In this document: positions 20,427 through 30,676 of the stretch, in pieces
How the letters are laid out: every line of letters starts with the position of its first letter
How positions within the stretch are numbered: position 1 is the first letter of the stretch
NCBI GenBank assembly: GCA_944383295.1
Contig: CALWOW010000013.1
Coordinates: 1,043 to 65,042, forward strand
Source of the DNA: an uncultured Clostridia bacterium
GTDB taxonomy: Bacteria > Bacillota > Clostridia > Christensenellales > UBA1242
Reading direction: 5' to 3'
Length of the DNA stretch: 64,000 nt
Made by a program: the position numbers and the translations under genes
The notes under the pieces: generated by a model
What the model saw: the letters and a program-made list of their open reading frames with translations, nothing else
Told to the model about the DNA's origin: nothing
The model's database searches: none

Positions 20427-21464
20427 TTGAACGAAAAAGAAAAAAATTTAGAACAAGTTATTGCTCAAATTGAAAAGCAATTTGGTAAAGGTTCTATAAT
20501 GAGATTAGGCGATAATGCAAGGCAAGTCGTAGATGTTATACCAACGGGGTGTCTTACTCTGGATTTAGCATTAGGTATAGGAGGGATGCCAAGGGGTAGA
20601 GTAATTGAGATATACGGGCCAGAGTCATCTGGTAAAACGACTGTTGCATTGCATGTAGTTGCCGAAGCGCAAAAAATGGGATGCACTGCTGCTTTTATTG
20701 ACGCTGAACATGCCCTTGACCCTGTGTATGCTGGTAATTTGGGCGTAGATATTAATTCGCTATATATTTCACAACCTGATAATGGGGAGCAGGCTTTAGA
20801 TATAACAGAAAGTTTAGTGCGTAGTGGTAGCATAGATGTAATTATAATTGACTCCGTTGCTGCCTTGACTCCCAAGGCGGAACTTGATGGGGAAATGGGC
20901 GATGCGCATGTTGGATTATTGGCTCGACTTATGAGTCAAGCAATGCGAAAACTAACTGCATATATTAATAAATCAAATGTCTGTGTTATTTTTATCAATC
21001 AGCTTCGTGAAAAGGTTGGTGTTATGTTTGGCAACCCTGAAACAACTACAGGTGGTAAAGCATTGAAATTCTATTCAAGTATAAGATTAGATGTTAGAAA
21101 AGCTGATGTTATAAAAGAAGGTACTGAAATAATTGGAAACCGCACAAAAGTTAAAGTAGTAAAAAATAAACTTGCCCCACCATTTAAAACTTGTGAGTTT
21201 GATATAATTTATGGGAAAGGCATTTCACAAGTTGGTTGTATTTTAGATTTGGCTCTACAGTATGACATAATACAAAAAAGCGGAAGTTGGTTTGCATATA
21301 AGGGTGAAAAAATAGGTCAAGGTAAAGAAAACGTTAAACAATATTTAATTGACAACCCTGAAATTAAAGACGAAATTGAAGATGCTATAAAAGATGCTTT
21401 AGCTCCTAAAATAACAACAAGCGATATAGTTATAGAAGAAAACGAAACAAAAATTGATGCGTAA
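20427..21464 (+). CDS. recA: recombinase RecA
   Basis: Canonical RecA sequence ([38 protein letters not shown]). TTG start with AAAGGAG SD. Confidence 0.97.
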   Translation: MNEKEKNLEQVIAQIEKQFGKGSIMRLGDNARQVVDVIPTGCLTLDLALGIGGMPRGRVIEIYGPESSGKTTVALHVVAEAQKMGCTAAFIDAEHALDPVYAGNLGVDINSLYISQPDNGEQALDITESLVRSGSIDVIIIDSVAALTPKAELDGEMGDAHVGLLARLMSQAMRKLTAYINKSNVCVIFINQLREKVGVMFGNPETTTGGKALKFYSSIRLDVRKADVIKEGTEIIGNRTKVKVVKNKLAPPFKTCEFDIIYGKGISQVGCILDLALQYDIIQKSGSWFAYKGEKIGQGKENVKQYLIDNPEIKDEIEDAIKDALAPKITTSDIVIEENETKIDA

Positions 21465-21482
21465 GTTTGCATCTTTTTTTGT
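21456..21482 (+). terminator. rho-independent terminator after recA
   Basis: GATGC-N8-GCATC hairpin overlapping the stop codon, followed by a T7 run. Confidence 0.6.
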
Positions 21483-21647
21483 TTATTTTTAAATAGTAGG
21501 CTAATAATATAATAGTCATTAGTTACAAAAATAACTTGACATTTATTGGAAATAATTATAAACTTGTTAAGTATAAAATTTGTTGATTTTATATTCATTT
21601 ATCAAAAAGATAAATTTTAAATAAATTTAAAAGAGAGGGAAAAACCA

Positions 21648-23246
21648 ATGCATAACTCTTTAATTAGTATGCTTGGTTTTCAAATGAGTACCGCAGTTTT
21701 GGTAATCACTATTTTGGGTTGCCTTTTAGTAGGAGCGGTAGTCGGGATTTTTGTATTTAGAGCGATAGTTATAAAAAAAATAAATAATGCAAAAAATTCT
21801 GCATCAAGCATTATAGAAGATGCTCATTTAGAAGCCAAGACCATTTTAAAAGAGGCTCGGCTTTCTGCACAGGAAGAGTCTATAAAGATAAAAACTGACA
21901 CAGAAAACGAGTTGAAAGAGCGTCGTATAGAAATGGAGAAAATGAATAATCGTTTCTTACAACGTGAGGAATTTATAAACAATCGTGAACAAAGTTTAGA
22001 TAAAAAGAATGAAGCACTAGAAAGTTTTAAAGAAAAACTTGAAAATCAAGAGAAAAAACTTACCCAGCAACAAGAAGAATTAAGCAAAAAGAATGCTGAA
22101 GTAGTCGTTGAATTACAAAAAGTTGCTGGTTTGACAAAAGAAGAAGCGAAAGAAAAGTTAATTGCGGAAATAACAGAAGAAGCAAAGCATGATGCTGTAA
22201 TAAAGTTGCGCAAAATTGAGCAAGAAACAAAAGACAATGCGCACAAAATAGCTACTGAAATCATATCTAATGCTATACAGAAGTATTCCGCAGATTTGAC
22301 TAGTGAAACTACTGTTACTACCGTTGCTTTACCAAATGATGATATGAAAGGTCGCTTGATTGGTAGAGAAGGTAGAAATATTAAAGCACTAGAAATGGCT
22401 ACTGGTATTGATTTGATTATTGATGATACACCAGAAGCAATAGTGCTATCTGGATTTGACCCTATTCGAAGAGAAGTTGCTCGAATTGCAATTACAAAAT
22501 TAATTCAAGACGGGCGTATTCAACCTGCTAGAATAGAAGAAATAGTTGCAAAAACCAAACGTGATATTGAACACGAAATAAAAGAAGCAGGTGAGTCTGC
22601 AGTCCTTGAAACAGGTGTTATTGGACTACATCCTGAATTAGTAAAAACATTAGGAAGATTGAAGTATCGTACTAGTTATGGGCAAAATGTTTTAAAGCAT
22701 TCAATTGAAGTATCGTTTATTGCTGGTATGTTAGCCGCTGAATTAGGGTGCGATGAAATGGTCGCAAAACGTGGTGGCTTGTTGCATGATATTGGTAAAG
22801 CTGTTGACCACGAAGTAGAAGGCACTCATGTATCTATAGGGACTCAACTCGCTCGAAAATATAAAGAAAATGATAAGGTTATCAACTGTATCGAAGCGCA
22901 TCACGGTGATGTTGAATTTACTTGTATTGAAGCAGTTTTAGTTCAAGCGGCAGATACTATTTCTAGTGTTAGACCGGGCGCAAGACGTGAATCAATAGAA
23001 AATTACGTAAAACGTCTTGAAAAATTGGAACAAATTTCCTCTTCTTTTGCTGGTGTTGAAAAAGCTTATGCAATTCAAGCAGGAAGGGAAGTGCGTATTA
23101 TAGTAAAGCCAGAAGAAATTTCTGATGATAAGTGTTTAATTTTAGCGAAAGATATTGCTAAAAAAATCGAAAATGAAATGGAATATCCTGGTCAAATCAA
23201 AGTTAATGTCATTCGTGAATTACGTTCTGTAGAATATGCAAAATAA
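21648..23246 (+). CDS. rny: ribonuclease Y
   Basis: N-terminal TM, coiled-coil, KH domain ([15 protein letters not shown]), HD domain (LLHDIGKA). Confidence 0.95.
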   Translation: MHNSLISMLGFQMSTAVLVITILGCLLVGAVVGIFVFRAIVIKKINNAKNSASSIIEDAHLEAKTILKEARLSAQEESIKIKTDTENELKERRIEMEKMNNRFLQREEFINNREQSLDKKNEALESFKEKLENQEKKLTQQQEELSKKNAEVVVELQKVAGLTKEEAKEKLIAEITEEAKHDAVIKLRKIEQETKDNAHKIATEIISNAIQKYSADLTSETTVTTVALPNDDMKGRLIGREGRNIKALEMATGIDLIIDDTPEAIVLSGFDPIRREVARIAITKLIQDGRIQPARIEEIVAKTKRDIEHEIKEAGESAVLETGVIGLHPELVKTLGRLKYRTSYGQNVLKHSIEVSFIAGMLAAELGCDEMVAKRGGLLHDIGKAVDHEVEGTHVSIGTQLARKYKENDKVINCIEAHHGDVEFTCIEAVLVQAADTISSVRPGARRESIENYVKRLEKLEQISSSFAGVEKAYAIQAGREVRIIVKPEEISDDKCLILAKDIAKKIENEMEYPGQIKVNVIRELRSVEYAK

Positions 23247-23257
23247 AAGGGTATTTT

Positions 23258-24112
23258 ATGGAAATTTGCGACGCACACAATGATTTACTTATGAATTTAA
23301 CTACAAAAACAGAGATAAAAGATTATATAGATAAATATTGTATTAATAATAAGGTCGTAAAAATGTTTACGGCCTATTATGTTAGTCCTCAAAAAGAAAA
23401 GGATTACAATTCTATTGTTATATTAAAAGATTTAGAAGAAAAGTTTAATTTAATAAAAGATTATAAAATGTGTATCCCTACAATAGAAAATATAGGATTT
23501 ATTGACAACTCACAAGTTTTAGATAAAATTTTAACAATAAAACCTTTTTGCGTAACTTTAACTTGGAATTATGATAATAAGTTCGCTGGCGGTGCGTATG
23601 GAGAAAGTGGACTGACTGACAAGGGTAAGGAATTGATTAAAATTTTAGAAAATCGTGGGATACGTATAGATGTGGCACACCTAAATAAAAAATCTTTTAT
23701 AGAATTTAGCAAAATGACGAAATATCCTATTTTTTGCTCTCATACTTCTAGTAGACTTGTTTATGATATTCCACGAGCATTAGATAGGGAGCAAATGTCT
23801 ATAATAAAAGAATCAAAAGGATTTGTTGGCTTGTGCCTTTATTCTTCTTTATTATCTGATAAAAGAAGCGATAACAATTTAATATATAAGCATCTTTCAA
23901 GTTTTTTAAATGTATTGACCCCTAGCAATTTAGGATTTGGTACAGACTTTAATGCTACAGGTGAAAATAATCCTATTGGTTTTGATATTGACTACAACGG
24001 GATGCCTAATTTATTGGGTTTTTTAATATCAAAAATAGGTTTTGCTAAATGTAAAGAGATAGCAAGTGAAAATATTTTAAATATTTTAAATGAATATAAT
24101 AATTGTGAGTAA
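23258..24112 (+). CDS. M19 (renal dipeptidase) family membrane dipeptidase-like protein
   Basis: N-terminal CDAHNDLL (HxD metal site), later DVAHL and SHTSS motifs. 284 aa. Confidence 0.7.
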   Translation: MEICDAHNDLLMNLTTKTEIKDYIDKYCINNKVVKMFTAYYVSPQKEKDYNSIVILKDLEEKFNLIKDYKMCIPTIENIGFIDNSQVLDKILTIKPFCVTLTWNYDNKFAGGAYGESGLTDKGKELIKILENRGIRIDVAHLNKKSFIEFSKMTKYPIFCSHTSSRLVYDIPRALDREQMSIIKESKGFVGLCLYSSLLSDKRSDNNLIYKHLSSFLNVLTPSNLGFGTDFNATGENNPIGFDIDYNGMPNLLGFLISKIGFAKCKEIASENILNILNEYNNCE

Positions 24113-24131
24113 TGTAAAGTATAGAATTTAG

Positions 24132-24160
24132 TTGACAAAAAAGATAAAATTTAGTATACT
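24132..24160 (+). promoter_or_regulatory. consensus sigma-A promoter for tRNA-Trp (TTGACA-17-TATACT)
   Basis: TTGACA at 24132-24137, 17-nt spacer, TATACT at 24155-24160, 15 nt before the tRNA 5' end. Confidence 0.55.
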
Positions 24161-24174
24161 CATACTACTTACAT

Positions 24175-24248
24175 AGGGGAGTGGCTTAACGGTAGAGTAG
24201 TGGTCTCCAAAACCATCGGTCAGAGTTCGATTCTCTGCTCCCCTGCCA
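24175..24248 (+). tRNA. trnW: tRNA-Trp (anticodon CCA), CCA end encoded
   Basis: 7-bp acceptor stem AGGGGAG/CTCCCCT. Anticodon stem GTGGT/ACCAT with loop CTCCAAA. T-arm CAGAG-TTCGATT-CTCTG. Discriminator G plus CCA. Confidence 0.95.
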
Positions 24249-24331
24249 TTTAGGCGCTTTGGACTTTTATTTTAAATAAAAACAAGCGTCTTATTTTTTT
24301 ATTATAAACTTAAAAAATGGGATTATAATGT

Positions 24332-24787
24332 ATGAAAAAAGTTACTATTTACACTGATGGCGCTTGTAGCGCAAATCCCGGACCTGGGGGTTGGGGGTGC
24401 GTGTTAATTTATAACGGTATCGAAAAAGAATTTAGTGGTTTTGAAGATAATACTACAAATAATAGGATGGAGATGATGGCTGTTATAATGGCCTTATCAA
24501 AACTTAAAGAACCTTGTGAGATTGATTTATATAGCGATTCAGCTTATGTTGTAAATGCTTTTCTTCAAGATTGGATTTCGGGTTGGAAACAGAAAAAATG
24601 GTGTACTGCTAATAAGAAGGAAGTGAAAAATTTAGACTTATGGCAAACTTTATTGCAGTTAGTAGATAAGCACAAAGTGGTTTGGCATAAAGTAAAAGGG
24701 CATTCAACAGATGTCTATAACAATAAGTGTGATGCTTTAGCTAGAGGGGAAGTTGATAAATTTTTGCAAAGTCGTAAGGTTAATTAA
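24332..24787 (+). CDS. rnhA: ribonuclease HI
   Basis: IYTDGACSANPGPGGWG, NNRMEMMA, DSAYV and HKVKGH motifs of RNase H type 1. Confidence 0.9.
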   Translation: MKKVTIYTDGACSANPGPGGWGCVLIYNGIEKEFSGFEDNTTNNRMEMMAVIMALSKLKEPCEIDLYSDSAYVVNAFLQDWISGWKQKKWCTANKKEVKNLDLWQTLLQLVDKHKVVWHKVKGHSTDVYNNKCDALARGEVDKFLQSRKVN

Positions 24788-24850
24788 GAAAATACGTAAA
24801 GTAAAGAAGTATAATTGTAAAAATTTTATTTATGTTATAAGTTTTTTATA

Positions 24851-24886
24851 AAAAAAAGAATGTAAAAATATCACATTCTTTTTTTA
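24851..24886. terminator. bidirectional terminator between convergent rnhA and the ABC permease gene
   Basis: GAATGT-N9-ACATTC hairpin flanked by an A7 run and a T7 run. Confidence 0.65.
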
Positions 24887-24911
24887 TTAAATTTTGAGTA
24901 TGTGTTTGGTT

Positions 24912-26702
24912 TTATTTTATTTCTCGCTTTTTAAATACATAATAACTTAAAATCGTGAATATTAGCATTGTTGCGGTAACAATTACGATACTTATCCATA
25001 AATTTGTGTTAAAGAACATAGGACTTGAAAATGCGATACTCAAAGGATTTTGTGACGAACTTGCGAAAGCGCCACCAAAGAATTTAAAGAAATCAATGCC
25101 AGCAAAAGGCAAGAATGCATACCAGCTTGAAGATGTAAATAATACCGCAAACAAAGCTGTTAGGAAGTAAACAAATATTGAAATTGCTACAGCTCCCACA
25201 TTACTTCTAAACACAACAGAAATCATAGTAGCAAATAACACATAAAATAACATTTTTACTATAATTAAAGCCAAATAGATTAAGATTAAAAGTATTGGAG
25301 AAATAGTAAATACTGTTGAAGCATTGAATATTGCAAGTATAGGGGTAGTGTCAAGCCCATAAAGCGCATAACCAATTATAAATAACACTAAAGCGCTAAA
25401 TATAATGAAAATTGTTCCAAATATCATTGATGCTAAAATTTTAGAAGTTAGTATCTTATTTCTCGAGAATGGTCGAGTTGCTAAAACTTTTAATGTTCCA
25501 TTGCTTTGTTCACCAGCAATCATCCCGCCAGCAAGCACTACACAGAAAATTAATACGATAAAGCTACAAATTTCAAGCCCAAAGTAAACTAGGTCAAATG
25601 CGGATACTTTATCACCTGATGACATTGTTGGACTAAAAACGCTTGAAAATTGATTTGATGTTAAACCGTTACTTATGAGAAAATTATTTTTTGCAATGCG
25701 TTCATTTATTTGATAGAGGTGAACTTTTTCATAACTCATATAAATATGCGCTTTAGAATCACTAAAATTTTTTACAGGTTCTAAATAAATGGTATCTTCA
25801 ACTAGCGCATTGTATTGATCAGCAGCATAAAAATATTTTAGCATTTCTTCTTTTAATTGAGTTACAGTTGCTTTTTCATCACCATTTAAACTTAAAATAT
25901 TATCATAGGTGTTAGTCATAAATGCTGTAGTAGTTTCATACTGCTTAATTAAATTGTCTTTAACTTCTTGAGATAAAACAATATTTGTAATATCATTGCT
26001 GACTATTGTGTATAATTTGTCAAAATAACTAATACCTGTAATATCGGCATAACCAGTTGCTTTTGTTATCTTGTCTTTAATAATAAGGTGCGTTGCTAAA
26101 AGGTTTAAGTCTGAACCTTCAGCGGTTATATAATAAATAGCATCATTTATTAAATTAATAAAGTTATCATAACTTGCTTGAGACATCAAAACAGCAGGAG
26201 TTCCGGCTTGCGCAGAATTGACCAAAATATTTTTTGCTTGAGTAAGTGTGTCTAACATTTCTTTTCTATTAGTTAGTAGGGCAGATGAGGCGGTTGTTTG
26301 TTCTAAACGTTCCAACTCTTGAATGCTTGCGGAATAGTCTCTCAAAATAGTCTGGCAACCTCTTGGCGAATCGCTTTCGCTTAATAACACCTTTAATTGT
26401 GCAGTTATAGTGGTTTCCGCTGTAGAATTAAGAGTGGAATAATATTCTAGTTTAGTATAAGCATCTTCAACTTTCTTTTCAGCAATAGTTTTATTCATCG
26501 ATTGAGAACCTATAAAACTTGTCATGGCTTCTTCTTTTGATGCGCCATCGATTGCATATTCAAAACTGCCTCTATTATCCATTCCTAATAATGCGACAGA
26601 AAAGAATAATGCTAATACTATTACACCTGTTATAATATATAATATGGGACGCATTAAAATTTTATTTAATTCACCACGAAGTAATCTACTCATTTTAGAC
26701 AT
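24912..26702 (-). CDS. ABC-2 type transporter permease with ~330-aa extracytoplasmic N-terminal domain
   Basis: One TM near the N-terminus, a long hydrophilic domain, then a 5-6 TM ABC-2-like block. Sits 9 nt downstream of the ATPase gene. SD AGGAG. Confidence 0.75.
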   Translation of the reverse strand: MSKMSRLLRGELNKILMRPILYIITGVIVLALFFSVALLGMDNRGSFEYAIDGASKEEAMTSFIGSQSMNKTIAEKKVEDAYTKLEYYSTLNSTAETTITAQLKVLLSESDSPRGCQTILRDYSASIQELERLEQTTASSALLTNRKEMLDTLTQAKNILVNSAQAGTPAVLMSQASYDNFINLINDAIYYITAEGSDLNLLATHLIIKDKITKATGYADITGISYFDKLYTIVSNDITNIVLSQEVKDNLIKQYETTTAFMTNTYDNILSLNGDEKATVTQLKEEMLKYFYAADQYNALVEDTIYLEPVKNFSDSKAHIYMSYEKVHLYQINERIAKNNFLISNGLTSNQFSSVFSPTMSSGDKVSAFDLVYFGLEICSFIVLIFCVVLAGGMIAGEQSNGTLKVLATRPFSRNKILTSKILASMIFGTIFIIFSALVLFIIGYALYGLDTTPILAIFNASTVFTISPILLILIYLALIIVKMLFYVLFATMISVVFRSNVGAVAISIFVYFLTALFAVLFTSSSWYAFLPFAGIDFFKFFGGAFASSSQNPLSIAFSSPMFFNTNLWISIVIVTATMLIFTILSYYVFKKREIK

Positions 26703-26711
26703 AATATACTC

Positions 26712-27644
26712 CTATGAAATTCTACCGTAACGGCGTTCTTTTAAAATATCAAGATAAATATCTTCAAGACTTTTGCTTACAACTGTTGTTCCATATATTG
26801 TCAAATTTCGACGTCTCAAGTCATCTATAATCTTGTCATAAAGTTCTGGGAGATAGGGGATAATTACAGAATTACCAGCTAATTCAACATCTAATCCGTG
26901 TTTCAAAGCAATAACTTTACCAGCATAATTTGGGTAATCAACACGTATTCGGAAACGTTTCTGCGCTTTGCCATCGTTTTGGAAGTCGTCCATTGTGCGC
27001 ATTTCTAAAATACTTCCTCTATCAAAAATAGCTACTGTATCACATAATTGTTCGACTTCGGATAGGATATGACTGCTAATAAAAATTCCCATATTATTCT
27101 TTGCTGCTAAAATTTTAAGGGTGCGTCTTAATTCAATAACTCCATTTACATCCAAACCATTAGTCGGCTCGTCAAGAATAAGTAATTTAGGGTTATTTAG
27201 TAAAGCTTGTGCCAAGCCTAATCTTTGCTTCATACCAAAAGAGTAATTTCGTACTTTATCATCAATACGGTTGTCCAAACCTGATATTTTAATTACACGT
27301 TCAATATCATCTTTGGTAACTGATTTCAATAAACTAGCAAAATATTGAAGATTTTGGCGACCTGTCATATAACTGTATAGTTGGCAATTTTCCATTACAA
27401 CGCCTATATTGCTTATTGCTTTTTCAAATTGTTTTTGTACGGACAATCCGCAAATATAAACTTCTCCGTACGATGGTTGCGTTAAGCCACTAATTATTCT
27501 TATTAATGTAGATTTTCCAGCTCCATTAGGCCCTATAAAACCGAAAATCTCACCAGCGTAAACTTCAAAGTTTAAATTATTTAGTACCCTACGTTCACCA
27601 TAAGATTTTTCTAAACCCTTAATTTCCAAAACTTTGTCGCTCAA
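26712..27644 (-). CDS. ABC transporter ATP-binding protein (ABC-2/BcrA-like subfamily)
   Basis: Walker A GPNGAGKST, signature SFGMKQRL, Walker B LLILDEPTNGLD. TTG start with AGGAGG SD. Confidence 0.92.
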   Translation of the reverse strand: MSDKVLEIKGLEKSYGERRVLNNLNFEVYAGEIFGFIGPNGAGKSTLIRIISGLTQPSYGEVYICGLSVQKQFEKAISNIGVVMENCQLYSYMTGRQNLQYFASLLKSVTKDDIERVIKISGLDNRIDDKVRNYSFGMKQRLGLAQALLNNPKLLILDEPTNGLDVNGVIELRRTLKILAAKNNMGIFISSHILSEVEQLCDTVAIFDRGSILEMRTMDDFQNDGKAQKRFRIRVDYPNYAGKVIALKHGLDVELAGNSVIIPYLPELYDKIIDDLRRRNLTIYGTTVVSKSLEDIYLDILKERRYGRIS

Positions 27645-27676
27645 TCTGCAAAATCCTCCTAATTTCTATAAAATAT

Positions 27677-27705
27677 ATCATAACATAATAAATAAAAATT
27701 GTAAA
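27677..27705 (-). promoter_or_regulatory. extended -10 sigma-A promoter candidate for the ABC operon (TTTACA-17-TGtTATGAT)
   Basis: Read on the minus strand: TTTACA at 27705-27700, TATGAT at 27682-27677, preceded by TGT. Confidence 0.45.
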
Positions 27706-27710
27706 GTAAA

Positions 27711-27739
27711 TTGACTTTGTAACACTTTTTTAATATAAT
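27711..27739 (+). promoter_or_regulatory. sigma-A promoter candidate for the TVP38 gene (TTGACT-17-TATAAT), -10 ends 6 nt before the ATG
   Basis: TTGACT at 27711-27716, TATAAT at 27734-27739, ATG at 27746. No SD in between. Confidence 0.45.
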
Positions 27740-27745
27740 AATAGT

Positions 27746-28867
27746 ATGAGAAAAAAAGAGAATAATAATCAAGACAAGAAAGAAAACGAAAAACAAGTTC
27801 CTCAATTAGCTCAAAGTGAGGAGGAAATTAAGCTTATAGAAGCACCTAAAAAAATTCCTATTTTTACGCATACATCTGTAATACTGATTGTTTCAATTTT
27901 AATAATGGGAATACTTGATATTTGGTGCTATGCAGATTTGTTATTGGATAACAAAACTTTTGTCTATTTATTTTCCTTTGCTACAGCTCTTGTCGTAGGA
28001 CTTTCAATTGTATTTTTGTTTACCAAAAAAGTAGGTTGGCTTAAAACTAATTTTGTAATAATGGCTTTAGCTTTTGTCTTTACTTGGGGATATTATTTAT
28101 TTGTAGCCTTAGATTTACTTAAATATATGACCGATGCTGAAGCATTACAAGAAGCGTTGAGTGGGATAGGCTGGTGGAAGTATTTAGTATTTTTCTTAAT
28201 ACAATTTCTACAAGTTACATTTGTTCCTATTCCTGCAATGGTTACAACTATAGCTGGTTCAGTATTGTTCGGCCCGGGTATTGCAACTCTGCTTAGTATA
28301 GCAGGTATTTTAACCGGTTCCATTGTTGCATTTATTATAGGTGATAAATGTGGAGAAAAGGTTGTTGCTTGGATAGTAGGCGAAAAGCAAATGAAAAAAT
28401 ATTCAAGCTTGCTTTTTGATAAAGGTAAATACATTTTCTTTTTAATGATGTTGTTTCCTTTGTTTCCTGATGATGTATTGTGTTTGGTTGCTGGTATGAC
28501 TACAATGTCTTATAAATTCTTTATAATCACAATACTTTTAACTAGACCTATAGGAATATTTATGACCTGTTATTTATCTGTAAGCATACCTTATCATGGA
28601 TGGGGGTTGGTAGTTTGGGTAATTTTAATAGTTTTAATAATTTTAATGTTTTGGATTTCCTATAAATACAAAGATAAGATTGAAGAAATTATAACAAAAT
28701 TTAGTGACAAAATAACAAGAAGATTTTCTAAAAATAAAGCAAAACAAATATTGATAGATAATGCTCCTAAAATTTTATTATTACCAGAAAAGACTCTTAC
28801 AAATCCATCACAAGATAAAGTCGATGAAATAAAAAAGAATAAAAATAAAACGAAGAAAAGGAAATAA
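27746..28867 (+). CDS. TVP38/TMEM64 (DedA superfamily, SNARE-associated) membrane protein with N- and C-terminal extensions
   Basis: Core motif QVTFVPIPAMVTTIAGSVLFGP and LFPLFPDDVLCLVAGMT. Multiple TMs. Lys-rich tail. Confidence 0.8.
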   Translation: MRKKENNNQDKKENEKQVPQLAQSEEEIKLIEAPKKIPIFTHTSVILIVSILIMGILDIWCYADLLLDNKTFVYLFSFATALVVGLSIVFLFTKKVGWLKTNFVIMALAFVFTWGYYLFVALDLLKYMTDAEALQEALSGIGWWKYLVFFLIQFLQVTFVPIPAMVTTIAGSVLFGPGIATLLSIAGILTGSIVAFIIGDKCGEKVVAWIVGEKQMKKYSSLLFDKGKYIFFLMMLFPLFPDDVLCLVAGMTTMSYKFFIITILLTRPIGIFMTCYLSVSIPYHGWGLVVWVILIVLIILMFWISYKYKDKIEEIITKFSDKITRRFSKNKAKQILIDNAPKILLLPEKTLTNPSQDKVDEIKKNKNKTKKRK

Positions 28868-28894
28868 ACTGATTAAATTTATCATATGTAAAAT

Positions 28895-28925
28895 AAAAAA
28901 CCACTCTTTTTGAGTGGTTTTTTTA
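28895..28925. terminator. bidirectional terminator between the convergent TVP38 and PadR-TM genes
   Basis: CCACTC-ttttt-GAGTGG hairpin flanked by an A-run and a T-run. Confidence 0.7.
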
Positions 28926-30446
28926 AACTCTAAATGCCTTAGTCGCAAATATTAGAATACCGATTATCCAAGATACAAGAATATTAGCAATAGCGAGTAT
29001 AGGGATATACCATAAAGTAAAATATTCTGGTTCTAGCAAAGAAGTCATACCTATACACAAACAAATAGCTAAAACAAAAGTAGTTAAAACAGCTGTTAAG
29101 ATAAATCTATAGAATAAATTCATTGCCCAATTAATATCTTTTATTCGTACTTTTTTCCCTAAGTCACGTAAAGTGAAAATCATCATAACCCCAAGATAAA
29201 CAAATGCAAGTACGGCATACAAGATATATAAGAAAGCATGTGGTTGATAAATTGTACCATTGTCTTTAAATACAAAGTATGAAATAATAATTTCTATAAG
29301 GAATATTATAGTTAAGATACCAGCCCTACATAAGTTAAATTTATTAATATCCAGGAAATTCTTAGTGTTACATACGATATCTTCTGTTTTTGAATAAGGC
29401 TTAACTGTTATTTTATCTTGTTTTATGTGATTGTATCCAACAGTATTGGTTGCGATTGTATGTACTTGTTCAGATTTAGTTTGTTTGCTAGGGGAGTAGT
29501 TTAATTTATATCGTCTGTTTATTTCTTCCATTAAATCTTTGCTTTGTTGTGAATTTAATTGATTTAATGTTTTGTGTTCAGTTTCAGTTGTGTTACTGGA
29601 ACTTAAAATTTTTGCAATTTGTTTTGAATATTCAGACTGAACACGTTTTGGTTTTTGTTCTTCAGTTTGTTTTATTTCAGTCGGCTTTTGCTCAACAAAA
29701 ATACTTGTACTTGTTGGCTTAATTTCGTTTGAGTCAGGCAAATCTGCATCTAAATCGCCTAAAATGTCTTTGTAATTTATCTCATCTTTGTTTGATTTAG
29801 ATTGCTCAATATTATAGTTCTCTGTTCGTTCTGTAGTAGGAAGGGGAGGTTGCTTGACTATTTCTTGTTCTTGTACAACTTCTTGCTTAGGTTCAATAAC
29901 AGGTGAGGGACTCTCAAAAATCGAGCTATCTGGCTCGCTGTACTCACGCATTTTTTGAGTGAAACTTTGGCTTAAATCATCAGGTTCGTTTTTAGGGTCA
30001 TATTGCTCAAAAATTTTTTTACTCTTTGTCTCTGTACTTGTATTTTCATTTAAGGTTGAAGAAGTTTTATTAATATTAGGTTGTTGAGAGGTAGTTGCTT
30101 CGTTTTGCTGTTTATTTTGTATAACAGATTTTTCCTGTACAACTTCCAAATTTTCATCAACAGAAAAATCTGGTTCTGGTTCTGCTTTTCTTGTTTTTTC
30201 TAGTTCATGCTTTCCGTAGTTTGTTAGAGAATAATAGTGACGTCTTCCACCTATGTCACTATCTTGCCAAAAAGAACTAATAATTCCTTTTTTCTCAAGC
30301 CTTTGCAGTGCGCTATACAAACTAGGTTGTTTGATAACTACTTTGCCTTTTGTGAAATTTTCAACATCTTTAATTATTTCTAAACCGTATTTATCTCCAC
30401 TTTCTAAAGATGTTAAAACAAGTTTATTTATTTGACTACCGATCAT
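28923..30446 (-). CDS. membrane-tethered PadR-family transcriptional regulator (PadR wHTH + ~270-aa low-complexity linker + 4 TM)
   Basis: N-terminus LTSLESGDKYGLEIIKDV...KQPSLYSALQRLEKKGIISSFWQ...RRHYYSLTNYG is a PadR winged helix. The C-terminal ~130 aa contain four hydrophobic helices. SD GGAGG. Confidence 0.8.
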   Translation of the reverse strand: MIGSQINKLVLTSLESGDKYGLEIIKDVENFTKGKVVIKQPSLYSALQRLEKKGIISSFWQDSDIGGRRHYYSLTNYGKHELEKTRKAEPEPDFSVDENLEVVQEKSVIQNKQQNEATTSQQPNINKTSSTLNENTSTETKSKKIFEQYDPKNEPDDLSQSFTQKMREYSEPDSSIFESPSPVIEPKQEVVQEQEIVKQPPLPTTERTENYNIEQSKSNKDEINYKDILGDLDADLPDSNEIKPTSTSIFVEQKPTEIKQTEEQKPKRVQSEYSKQIAKILSSSNTTETEHKTLNQLNSQQSKDLMEEINRRYKLNYSPSKQTKSEQVHTIATNTVGYNHIKQDKITVKPYSKTEDIVCNTKNFLDINKFNLCRAGILTIIFLIEIIISYFVFKDNGTIYQPHAFLYILYAVLAFVYLGVMMIFTLRDLGKKVRIKDINWAMNLFYRFILTAVLTTFVLAICLCIGMTSLLEPEYFTLWYIPILAIANILVSWIIGILIFATKAFRV

Positions 30447-30544
30447 AGTGTGCCTCCACTATGGATAGTTTATAGTAAAAAGCATTAAAAGTCAATTAAA
30501 TTAAAGTATTATGCTTTGCATATTACATATTTTTAGGGGTGTTA

Positions 30545-30562
30545 TGTGTTGCATAGTACACA
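30545..30562. promoter_or_regulatory. inverted repeat TGTGT-N8-ACACA in the PadR-TM / M48 divergent intergenic region (candidate operator)
   Basis: 5-bp arms with an 8-bp spacer, the same geometry as the ATGT-N8-ACAT PadR operators. About 100 bp upstream of the PadR-TM start. Confidence 0.25.
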
Positions 30563-30676
30563 ATATATAGGATTAAATTTTTTTATTAATAAATTAAATA
30601 TGTCGATAAAAATAAATAGTTGGAAAATGTTTTGAATAAATTTAACTTTGTGTTATTATATGAAGGGTAGGTGTTT

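Noticed and set aside
24175-24248. Possibility of an alternative genetic code (UGA=Trp), given the very low GC content.
   Set aside because: The tRNA-Trp has a CCA anticodon, so it reads UGG only. All long ORFs are uninterrupted under the standard code, and TGA is used as a stop, for example at spoVAD.
24813-24840. Second dif-like 28-mer AATTGTAAAAA-TTTTAT-TTATGTTATAA downstream of rnhA.
   Set aside because: Only the right arm resembles a XerD arm (9 of 11 to E. coli). The left arm shows 4 of 11 symmetry. TTATGT is expected by chance many times in this AT-rich sequence.
27818-27824. Strong GAGGAGG inside the TVP38 ORF, considered as the real SD for a downstream start.
   Set aside because: No ATG, GTG or TTG lies in frame 4-12 nt downstream. 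The motif is simply the codons for Glu-Glu-Glu (gag gag gaa).
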